From: Ilumatobacteraceae bacterium
GTDB taxonomy: Bacteria > Actinomycetota > Acidimicrobiia > Acidimicrobiales > Ilumatobacteraceae
Assembly: GCA_036771295.1 (NCBI GenBank)
Contig: DAIPHP010000001.1
Span: 648-64,647, forward strand
DNA length: 64,000 bases
Direction of reading: 5' to 3'
Below are positions 56,962 through 64,000 of the stretch, one piece after another. Under the pieces are notes generated by a model. That model saw only the letters and a list, made by a program, of their open reading frames with translations, was not told where the DNA came from and searched no databases. A program made the translations under genes and the position numbers. Each line of letters begins with the position of its first letter. Position 1 is the first letter of the stretch.

Positions 56962-57801
56962 ATGCGCAGCGGGTTCGTGAGCCTCGTCGGGCGCCCGAAC
57001 GTCGGCAAGTCGAGCATCATCAACGCCGTCGTCGGCCGCAAGGTCACGATCGTCTCCGACAAGCCGCAGACGACCAGGACAAGGGTTCGGGGCGTGTTGC
57101 AGCGCGAAGACGCACAGATCGTCTTCGTCGATACGCCCGGGATACACAAGCCCGTGACCGCCCTCGGGAAGCGTGTGAACGCCACTGCGGTCGACTCCCT
57201 GCGCGAAGTCGACGTGACGGTGCTCGTTGTGGACGCAACGATGCCGTTCGGCAGAGGCGACCGTTTCGTCGCTGATCGTATGGACATCAAGAAGAGCGCT
57301 GTCGTTCTCAACAAGATCGATGTCGCATCGCACGCGATTGTCGCAAAGCAACTTTCGGCCCTCGCGGTGCTCGATGCCGCCGCGTACTTCCCGGTGTCTG
57401 CGAAGAAGGGCCTCGGTTTGGATGCCTTCGTGAATTGGTTGGTCGCGCAGATGCCGTCGGGAGATGCGATGTATCCGTCCGACGTGGTGCGCGAAACGCC
57501 CGACACCAACTGGGTCGCCGAGCTCGTGCGTGAGCAGCTGCTCGATCGTATGCGTGAGGAGCTTCCGTACTCGATTGCGACTCGCGTGACCGAATACGAG
57601 TGGCCGCGTATTCGCTGCGAAATCGTCGTTGAGCGAGAGAGTCAGAAAGGCATGGTCATCGGCAAGGGTGGCCAGATGTTGAAGGAAGTGGGCACCGCCG
57701 TCCGAAAACAGCTCGCCGAAGGCGCCTACATCGAACTGCACGTCGTCGTCGACGACGAGTGGCAGGAGCGCCCCGACCGTATTGAGAGACTCGGCTACTG
57801 A
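56962..57801 (+). CDS. era: GTPase Era
   Basis: GRPNVGKSS, DTPG, NKID, C-terminal KH domain (VIGKGGQMLK). ATG at 56962. Confidence 0.95.
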   Translation: MRSGFVSLVGRPNVGKSSIINAVVGRKVTIVSDKPQTTRTRVRGVLQREDAQIVFVDTPGIHKPVTALGKRVNATAVDSLREVDVTVLVVDATMPFGRGDRFVADRMDIKKSAVVLNKIDVASHAIVAKQLSALAVLDAAAYFPVSAKKGLGLDAFVNWLVAQMPSGDAMYPSDVVRETPDTNWVAELVREQLLDRMREELPYSIATRVTEYEWPRIRCEIVVERESQKGMVIGKGGQMLKEVGTAVRKQLAEGAYIELHVVVDDEWQERPDRIERLGY

Positions 57802-57814
57802 CGTTTCGCGTCAG
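57798..57814. terminator. Short hairpin spanning both stop codons of convergent era and the lipoprotein gene
   Basis: CTGACG-tttcg-CGTCAG. It contains the era TGA and the complement of the minus-strand TGA. No clear U-tract. Confidence 0.3.
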
Positions 57815-58440
57815 TCACGTGCCGACAATACGGCGAGATAGTCGTCGTACGTGACGGCCGCGCCTGGAGCCGTCAAATCACCGCCCCCGCGCGGCACCTG
57901 GATGTCGACGCCATCAACGCTGAAGATCACCTGTCCGATCCCAGGACGACGAGTGAGCGTGAGAACCAACTGCGCGATCGCGAGTCGTTGGTCTGACGGT
58001 TCGAGCTCGGAGAGAAACGGGGCGGTCGATGAAATCTTCGCCACGCCGCGACGCACGTCGATCGTCGCCGTCAGGCCGCGCGGCAAGGCGCTGCGCAGAC
58101 CAGCACTCTCGGTTTGCGCGTCGAGACCAGCGAGAAGGGTGTCGAGCACTTGGGTGGGGGTCGCCGGGCTCACGATGCGCCGTTCCGAGCGAACGACGCG
58201 GTTCGCGCTGACGAAATAGAGCTCGACACTGTCGTACAAGACGTCAGCGACGGTGGTCGACGTGTTCTCGGGTGCAATGGCGACCGTGGTGGTCGTCGAC
58301 GCCGTTGTCGTCGTCACCACAAGAGCGTCGGGCACTTGGCTCTGTTCAATCGGAATGAACCGACCTTCTTCGGGCACCCCGCACGCAGCGAGAGCCAAAG
58401 CAAAAATGCCTACGACGCGGATGCTGGCCGACGGTTTCAT
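57811..58440 (-). CDS. GerMN-domain lipoprotein (short LpqB-like)
   Basis: Lipobox LAAC, then a GerMN-like region (VELYFVS...VLDTLLAG...). Lies immediately downstream of the MtrB-like kinase. Confidence 0.7.
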   Translation of the reverse strand: MKPSASIRVVGIFALALAACGVPEEGRFIPIEQSQVPDALVVTTTTASTTTTVAIAPENTSTTVADVLYDSVELYFVSANRVVRSERRIVSPATPTQVLDTLLAGLDAQTESAGLRSALPRGLTATIDVRRGVAKISSTAPFLSELEPSDQRLAIAQLVLTLTRRPGIGQVIFSVDGVDIQVPRGGGDLTAPGAAVTYDDYLAVLSARD

Positions 58441-58456
58441 GGCTGCGTCCCCGTGG

Positions 58457-59890
58457 TCATGGCTGTGCTCCAGGGGGAATTGCCACCACGAACCGCGCAC
58501 CGCCGCTCGGAGAGGTGTCTACGTACGCGCGACCACCGAGGGCGAGCGCGTGCTCGGCCACGATTGCCAGCCCGAGCCCACTGCCCACGCTGTTGCGCGA
58601 CGCAGTGCCGCGGGCGAATCGTTCGAAGATGCGCAAACGCTCGCTCACGCTGATGCCCGGACCGTTGTCGTCGACGATGAGTAGAAGGTTGCCGTCGTCG
58701 TCGCTGCTCAGCAGGATCTCCGAGGCCCCGCCAGCGTGGTCGCGGGCGTTGTCGAGCAGATTGAGCAGGATTCTCTCTACTCGGCGTCGATCGAGAAACA
58801 CGACATCGTCGTCGCCGAGGTCCGACACGACCAAGACCGAGGCGTAGCCGTGACGACTCGCGATTCGCTCGACGAGCGCCGCCAGGTGCAGTTCCTCGCG
58901 GTTGTCCTGTCCGGCTCGCGCGTCGAGACGACTGAGTTCGAGCAAGTCAAGCACCGTACGGTCGAAGCGTCGAACCTGCGTGGCAATGATCTCGAGCGCT
59001 TGGCGGTTGCGTTCGGAAAGTTCGTCCGAGCGTCCCTTGAGAACGTCGACGGCGGCTCCCAACGACGTGATCGGCGACCTCAACTCGTGGCTGACGTCGC
59101 TGGCGAAACGTTCTTCGCGTTCGATTCGTTCCTGTACGGCGTCGGCCATGTTGTTGAAACTGGCGACGAGTTGCTGGAGGTCGGGGTCACTCTCTGGTTC
59201 AAGTCGCGTGGCGAGCGAACCCTCTGCGATGGTGGTTGCCGCGTCAGTCACTCGTCGGAGCGGCACGAGGACGTTACCGCTGAACAAGAACCCCAAGACT
59301 CCGGCCACCACGGTGATGGCGAGCACGGCGGCTACGAGAGTCGACCGGATCGTACCGAGGGTGTCGGCGACGTCGTTGATTGGAAAGATCTCGAAGTACG
59401 TCGCGTCAATCGCCGGTATCCCGATCGCTACCGCCTCGTAGGGTCGGCCTCCGAAGTCCACGCGTTGCACGCCGCTTCGCCCCGCGAGCGCCTCTCGAAC
59501 GAACTCGGTGGGCAGATTGGATTGAGTGAACCGCAAAGGTGCCTGGGCATAGAAGAGATCCTCGGTTCCGAGATGCAGCACCGCGAAGCCGCTCGGCTGC
59601 GTGCGGAGACCAGTCACCACTTCGCCTGCGTCGGCACGGTTGGATCCAACCAGTGTCCGTACGAGTTGCGCGTTCGCGATCGCTTGGTCGCGCGCCGACG
59701 ACGTCGCTTTGTCAACGAGGTAGTTGCGCGTCGCAGCAAATGTCACGACGCTGAGGATCACCACTCCAATGAACGTCGCCAGTGAGAAGTACGCCACGAT
59801 TCGTGTGCGCAGTCCAGGACGCAACGCTCGAATTCGAAGACTGCGAGCCGGGGCATCGGTATCGGCGGGCACCCGTCCAGCATGGCGCAC
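58457..59890 (-). CDS. Sensor histidine kinase (MtrB-like: TM-sensor-TM-HAMP-HisKA-HATPase)
   Basis: H-box FASDVSHELRSP, N-box LLNLLDNA, G-boxes DDNGPGI and GSGLGLAIV. Uses a GTG start; the exact start is uncertain. Confidence 0.9.
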   Translation of the reverse strand: MRHAGRVPADTDAPARSLRIRALRPGLRTRIVAYFSLATFIGVVILSVVTFAATRNYLVDKATSSARDQAIANAQLVRTLVGSNRADAGEVVTGLRTQPSGFAVLHLGTEDLFYAQAPLRFTQSNLPTEFVREALAGRSGVQRVDFGGRPYEAVAIGIPAIDATYFEIFPINDVADTLGTIRSTLVAAVLAITVVAGVLGFLFSGNVLVPLRRVTDAATTIAEGSLATRLEPESDPDLQQLVASFNNMADAVQERIEREERFASDVSHELRSPITSLGAAVDVLKGRSDELSERNRQALEIIATQVRRFDRTVLDLLELSRLDARAGQDNREELHLAALVERIASRHGYASVLVVSDLGDDDVVFLDRRRVERILLNLLDNARDHAGGASEILLSSDDDGNLLLIVDDNGPGISVSERLRIFERFARGTASRNSVGSGLGLAIVAEHALALGGRAYVDTSPSGGARFVVAIPPGAQP

Positions 59891-59899
59891 CGAGACGTT

Positions 59900-59940
59900 G
59901 AGCCGGCGGGGTCAAGGGGGAGCATGACCCTCGCCGGCTC
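59900..59940. promoter_or_regulatory. Long imperfect palindrome/hairpin in the kinase-regulator divergent spacer
   Basis: GAGCCGGCGGGGTCA-(10 nt)-TGACCCtCGCCGGCTC, 15 bp with one bulge. A second hairpin, GCAGCCG-tatga-CGGCTGC, lies at 59956-59974. Confidence 0.35.
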
Positions 59941-60032
59941 CGAGCCCAGAATGGTGCAGCCGTATGACGGCTGCCCTGCAGAAGTGTGCGTTTTGTGTAA
60001 CGAATCTCGGTCGTTTGGCAGACTTCAACGCC

Positions 60033-60722
60033 ATGGCACAAATACTCTTGGTCGAGGACGACGCAGGAATTCGTGCCGCCCTCGGTCTTGCGCTTGAGGA
60101 CGAGGGATACAGCATCCTGCAGGCGCCGAATGGTCGCACGGGTCTCTCGCTTGCGGCCACGGAGCAGCCTGACCTCGTGTTGCTCGACTTGCGTCTGCCT
60201 GACATCTCCGGGTTCGAGGTGTGTCGTGAGATTCGGCAGCGAAGCAACGTTCCGATCATCATCGTGACGGCCCAGACCGACACGCACGACCTGGTCGCCG
60301 GACTCGAGGCTGGCGCCGATGATTATGTGACCAAGCCGGTCAACACCAAAGAACTCGCAGCCCGCATCAGGGCAGCACTTCGGCGATTGGTTCGCGAGAC
60401 CTCAGGTCGTTCGCCGGACGTCACACGTTTCGCAGACATCGAGGTGCGCAGAGAGGCCGGAATCGTCACCAAAGCAGGCAAGGAACTGCCGCTCACGAGA
60501 ACCGAGTTTCGGCTGTTGGTCGAGTTCACTGATCACCCGAACATGGTGTTGAGCCGCGATCAATTGCTGGAGCGTGTGTGGGGGTACGACTATCTCGGCG
60601 ACAGCCGTCTCGTAGATGCCCACATCCGGCGGTTGCGAGTGAAAATCGAGGACTCGCCGAACGACCCGCGTTACATCACGACCGCGCGCGGCCTCGGATA
60701 TCGGTTCCACCCCGACGCTTGA
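60033..60722 (+). CDS. OmpR-family response regulator (MtrA-like)
   Basis: Receiver domain ILLVEDD...DLVLLDLRLPD...KP and winged-helix output domain (LTRTEFRLL...RGLGYRF). ATG at 60033. Confidence 0.92.
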   Translation: MAQILLVEDDAGIRAALGLALEDEGYSILQAPNGRTGLSLAATEQPDLVLLDLRLPDISGFEVCREIRQRSNVPIIIVTAQTDTHDLVAGLEAGADDYVTKPVNTKELAARIRAALRRLVRETSGRSPDVTRFADIEVRREAGIVTKAGKELPLTRTEFRLLVEFTDHPNMVLSRDQLLERVWGYDYLGDSRLVDAHIRRLRVKIEDSPNDPRYITTARGLGYRFHPDA

Positions 60723-62595
60723 ACTTGAGGTAGAACTCCTGCACTTCGTCGATCGACGAAGTCTCGGGCATGTGCTGCACGCCGTGCAGCACGAGCGACT
60801 TGTAGCGACGTTTCGACAGGCGCGGGTCGAGGATCGCCACCACGCCGTGATCGGTGGCGGTACGAATCAGGCGTCCCGCGGCCTGCGCCAGTGACGCAGC
60901 GGCGATCGGGACATCGACGGTGATGAACGACTCCTTGCCGGCGTCCTCACGCCTGGCCTCGAGGAGCGGATCCTGCAAAGCGGGGAACGGAACCTTGTCG
61001 ATGATGACGAGTCGCAATGCGTCGCCAGGCACGTCGACGCCCTGAAAAAAGCCACGGGTTGCGAACAGGCAGGAGTGCACGTTGCTGCGGAATTTGTCGA
61101 GCAACAGTTTTTTCGGCATGTCGTCTTGCGCCAGAAGCTCAATGTCCTTGCCGAGGCTCCCTCGCAGCGATCGAACGGCCTCGTTGAGTGCCGACCAGCT
61201 GGTAAAGAGCACGAGTGCCGATCCTTCTGACATCTCGATCAGCTCGGCGATGCGCTGGTGTACTGCTTCAGCGCGAGAGACCGCGTTTGGTTCAGGGAGG
61301 TCGTCGGCCAGATACAACAATGAGCGATTGGCGTAGTCAAACGGGCTCGGAACGTGCACGATGTCGTCCGGCTCGACCGCCAAGCCGAGTCGCTGCGGCA
61401 ACCCGGGCGGAATCGTCGCACTGGTAAGAATCGCGGTGTTCTCGTGCCACACCGGAGCAAGAACCGCATGTACTCGCAACGGGGCCGAGGTGAGCCGTGG
61501 AGCTCCGCGATTCTCCGTCACGAACGACACCATGTTGCTGCCGGCTTCCAACACGTTCTCAAGGTCTTTTTTCGTTCGATCAAGTACCGACTTTGCGCGT
61601 AGTGCCTCGGGGGTTTCGCTCGTCATCGCGCGCAATTGATCGACAAGCAGGGCAACCTGTGACTGAGCCGAACGCAAGGCGTTCTCGACGTCAGCCGGCA
61701 ACTGTTGCCGAAACCGCTTTCCTACGTGAACGGCAAGCACGCTCTCCAGTTCGGTCGCCGTTCGCGCGAGCGCGTTGGCTACCTTCTGCGACGACACTGC
61801 CTTTCGTGCGGCCTCTGAGGCGTTTGTCAGCCCTCTCGGGGAGATGATCACCGAAGCGGTGTCGCTGATGACGTCTTCCAGCTCGTGCACTTCGTCGAAC
61901 ACCGCAACGTCGTGGTGCGGAAGAAATTCTCGCTGTTGCTGCAAGTCAAGCCCGTAGAGGCTGAAGTTGACGACGACGACGTTCGCGGCCGACGCATTTT
62001 CTCGCGCTCGCTCGGTGAAGCACGTCTCGCCGAACTCGCACTTCGCGGCACCGGGGCACTCGTCGGAAGAGAGGCTCACGCGTCGCCACGCTGAGTCAGA
62101 GATGGCGAACGGAACGTCTGACGAGTCGCCCGTCATCGTTTCGGTTGACCAAGCGACAAGCCGCTGAACTTCTCGTTGGACGACGCCAGTGTCGTCCTCG
62201 AGCGCGAGCTGGTCGTGTCCGGTCTCGATCTCCGAGACTCGTTGCCGGCACAGATAGTTGTTGCGGCCCTTCAGCACGGCCCAGGTGAACGCGAGATCGT
62301 CGTCCTCGTCGCACACCTCGGCCAAGAGAGGCAAGTCGACGGACGCAAGCTGGTCTTGCAACGCCTTGGTGTACGTGGCAACCACTGCGGTTTGCCCGGC
62401 CGCCAGCACGGGAATCAGATACCCGAGTGTCTTGCCGGTACCGGTGCCTGCCTGGATGACGAGCGATTCGCCCGATTCGATCGCATCGGCGACGTGCTGC
62501 ACCATCTCCGCTTGTCCCTCGCGTTGCTCGGCGCGGGGAATTCTCTCCAACACTCGATCGAGGAGGTCGAGGGCCTTCTTTGCAGCCGGCGTCAT
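60676..62595 (-). CDS. dinG: ATP-dependent DNA helicase, DinG/XPD family
   Basis: Walker A AGTGTGKT, DEVH box (VFDEVHELED), C-terminal helicase motifs (LFTSW, QGVDVPG, QAAGRLIR). The ATG at 62595 overlaps the uppS stop (ATGA). Confidence 0.88.
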   Translation of the reverse strand: MTPAAKKALDLLDRVLERIPRAEQREGQAEMVQHVADAIESGESLVIQAGTGTGKTLGYLIPVLAAGQTAVVATYTKALQDQLASVDLPLLAEVCDEDDDLAFTWAVLKGRNNYLCRQRVSEIETGHDQLALEDDTGVVQREVQRLVAWSTETMTGDSSDVPFAISDSAWRRVSLSSDECPGAAKCEFGETCFTERARENASAANVVVVNFSLYGLDLQQQREFLPHHDVAVFDEVHELEDVISDTASVIISPRGLTNASEAARKAVSSQKVANALARTATELESVLAVHVGKRFRQQLPADVENALRSAQSQVALLVDQLRAMTSETPEALRAKSVLDRTKKDLENVLEAGSNMVSFVTENRGAPRLTSAPLRVHAVLAPVWHENTAILTSATIPPGLPQRLGLAVEPDDIVHVPSPFDYANRSLLYLADDLPEPNAVSRAEAVHQRIAELIEMSEGSALVLFTSWSALNEAVRSLRGSLGKDIELLAQDDMPKKLLLDKFRSNVHSCLFATRGFFQGVDVPGDALRLVIIDKVPFPALQDPLLEARREDAGKESFITVDVPIAAASLAQAAGRLIRTATDHGVVAILDPRLSKRRYKSLVLHGVQHMPETSSIDEVQEFYLKFKRRGGTDIRGRARS

Positions 62596-63299
62596 GCCGA
62601 ACGCGGTCTGGCGAGAGCGATTGCGTCGTCGAGCTGGCGCCCGCCGAAATCGGGCCAGGAGCAGTCCGTGAAGAAGACGCGCGCGGCCGCTGCCTGCCAC
62701 AGCATGAAGTTGGAGATTCGTGTTTCGCCAGACGTGCGAACGAGCACGTCGACGGGCGGCAACGACGGGTCGTACAGGTGTCTCGCAATATCGTTCGGCG
62801 TGATCGATGATTGGCCGCTGACGGCTGCCGCCCGTTGCGCGGCTCTTGCAATTTCAGCACGGCTGCCGTAGTCGAAGGCGACGGTGAGCACCATGCCGGT
62901 GTTGTGCTTGGTGTCTTCTATTGCATCGCGAATCGCCTTTTGCACGTTTGCCGGTGTTCGTGATCCGGGCTCGTCGAACGGTCTGCCGATCCAGTTGACG
63001 CGGACGTTGTTGGCGTTCAGTTCCTCGATGCGGCCGAACAGCTTGCGGTGCAGTCCGAGAATGTGCCGCACCTCCGAAGGCGGGCGCACCCAGTTTTCGG
63101 TGCTGAATCCGAACACCGTGAGCCAGCCGATACCGCGATGCGATGCCTCGCGGACGACGGTGGCGAGGGCTTCTTCGCCGGCAGTGTGCCCGGCGGTGCG
63201 GGGAAGTCCGCGTCGCTTGGCCCAGCGTCCGTTGCCGTCCATGATGCAGGCAATATGCAGTGCGCCCGTTCGCTGGTTGGAGATTGGCATGGTGCGCAT
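62592..63299 (-). CDS. uppS: Isoprenyl transferase (cis-prenyltransferase, UppS catalytic type) lacking the C-terminal RxG motif
   Basis: HIACIMDGNGRWA, FGFSTENWVRPPSEV and VRTSGETRISNFMLWQ are present. The usual AYxE is AAAR here, and the protein ends ...AIALARPRSA without RxFG. Confidence 0.9.
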   Translation of the reverse strand: MRTMPISNQRTGALHIACIMDGNGRWAKRRGLPRTAGHTAGEEALATVVREASHRGIGWLTVFGFSTENWVRPPSEVRHILGLHRKLFGRIEELNANNVRVNWIGRPFDEPGSRTPANVQKAIRDAIEDTKHNTGMVLTVAFDYGSRAEIARAAQRAAAVSGQSSITPNDIARHLYDPSLPPVDVLVRTSGETRISNFMLWQAAAARVFFTDCSWPDFGGRQLDDAIALARPRSA

Positions 63300-63331
63300 C
63301 TGAAACTACTTGCTAGTGCGAGGATGTAACA

Positions 63332-63904
63332 GTGGCGCCGCGTACGAGTCTGTCCCATGTCTTGCTGTGCGCCGGTTCGTTGCGCGAGTGGGCGACGACC
63401 GACGCCGAACATTGGCGCGCACGTCTCGAGTTGGTCGCACACGCTGCTCGGTCGGGTGGCGCTGAGTGGGCGACGCTCGTTCCGTATAGCGACGGCGAAC
63501 CGGGGGACGCTGAAACAGTGCGAACGACATTGATCGGGGCGTGCGGCGGCGTGCAATATGCCGATCGCGTTGTCGTGATCGGCGCGGAGGGTGTGACAGT
63601 CATCGTCGATGTCTGCGCCGACGGTCGCGAACGGGTGGCTGCCGCGGCTTCACGCGTCGGTGACGGTCGTATCACCGAACAACGGCTGGCATCGACGCTG
63701 TCGGCGCCGGCACCCGGCGAACCAGACCTCGTCATCGTCTTGGGCAATGCCACCGACATGCCCGCGTCGTTGGTCTGGGAGCTCGCATATGCCGAAATCG
63801 TGTTTCTCGATGCTCCGTGGACGGCTCTCGACGCGGAGCACATTGAAATGGCCATCGACGATTTCGCGCGGCGTGACCGACGATTCGGCGGAATCGACTC
63901 CTGA
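63332..63904 (+). CDS. Degenerate UppS-like (cis-prenyltransferase fold) protein, probably non-catalytic
   Basis: [13 protein letters not shown] replaces DGNGRWA (no catalytic Asp). There is no STENW or RTSGE..R motif. It retains DLVIV...[17 protein letters not shown] and the C-terminal [13 protein letters not shown] start; its stop overlaps the recO ATG. Confidence 0.7.
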   Translation: MAPRTSLSHVLLCAGSLREWATTDAEHWRARLELVAHAARSGGAEWATLVPYSDGEPGDAETVRTTLIGACGGVQYADRVVVIGAEGVTVIVDVCADGRERVAAAASRVGDGRITEQRLASTLSAPAPGEPDLVIVLGNATDMPASLVWELAYAEIVFLDAPWTALDAEHIEMAIDDFARRDRRFGGIDS

Positions 63905-64000
63905 TGCCCCTCTATCGCGACGTCGGCATCGTGCTGCGCACGCACAAGCTCGGCGAGTCGGACCGAATCATCACGATCATGACCCAAGACTCCGGAAAGG
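63904..64000 (+). CDS. recO: DNA repair protein RecO (N-terminal fragment, continues beyond window)
   Basis: [27 protein letters not shown] matches the RecO N-terminal OB-fold signature. Confidence 0.85.
   Translation, partial: MPLYRDVGIVLRTHKLGESDRIITIMTQDSGK

Noticed and set aside
57811-58440. The short LpqB-like gene as a pseudogene or truncation.
   Set aside because: The ORF is intact, with a proper lipobox and a complete GerMN-like region. I see no adjacent out-of-frame remnants of a longer LpqB, so it is treated as a genuine short form.
60676-62595. DinG-family helicase as a possible defence-system component.
   Set aside because: This is a full-length housekeeping-type DinG/XPD with canonical motifs. 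No nuclease, methylase, TIR, SIR2 or other partner genes are present; its neighbours are uppS and a response regulator.
62595-62640. In the dinG reading frame just upstream of its ATG, the DNA reads ...RRNRSRQTAFG. This superficially resembles a UppS C-terminus (NRERRFG) and could mean the uppS 3' end is frameshifted.
   Set aside because: The alternative frame has Ala, not Arg, two residues before the Gly, so it is not an RxG motif. It also has no stop and would fuse UppS to DinG. Arg-rich strings are common in off-frames at this GC content. It is kept only as a caveat to check against raw reads.

Overview
This is a high-GC (about 63%) stretch of densely packed, mostly housekeeping chromosome. 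The gene order looks actinobacterial. From memory it parallels three Mycobacterium tuberculosis neighbourhoods: HAD-tlyA-nadK-recN-pyrG-NUDIX-xerD, pgsA-gcvH-FHA-MerR-nuclease-MerR-gcvP, and phoH-ybeY-corC...era-recO-uppS. A deep-branching lineage such as Acidimicrobiia is possible but unproven. I call about 70 CDSs, one tRNA-Pro(GGG) and one tandem glycine riboswitch. I found no rRNA, CRISPR array, transposase, phage gene or recognisable defence island. Functional blocks are: chromosome maintenance (recN, xerD, scpAB, dinG, recO, SRAP); ribosome biogenesis (tlyA, rluB, der, era, ybeY, phoH); the glycine cleavage system; a seven-gene menaquinone cluster; aromatic amino acid genes (tyrA, aroA); an ABC importer operon; several acyl-CoA genes; a GGDEF-EAL protein; and an MtrAB/LpqB-like two-component module. 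The strongest candidate for something new is at 62.6-63.9 kb. There a catalytic UppS has lost the family's AYxE and C-terminal RxG motifs. It sits head-to-head with a degenerate UppS paralog that has lost the catalytic N-terminal motifs but kept exactly those two elements. This complementary pattern is typical of heteromeric (DHDDS/NgBR-type) cis-prenyltransferases. Secondary observations include a tRNA embedded in the der operon whose 3' end lies 2 nt from the obligatory Met-Cys start of an SRAP gene, an anti-SD hairpin in the pyrG leader, an FHA protein with a zinc-ribbon N-terminus in the GarA/OdhI position, a low-GC Cys-rich lipoprotein gene, and many very short divergent spacers. All protein calls come from reading motifs by eye; no database search was run. 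The ORF track accepts ATG, GTG and TTG starts, so several starts were trimmed.
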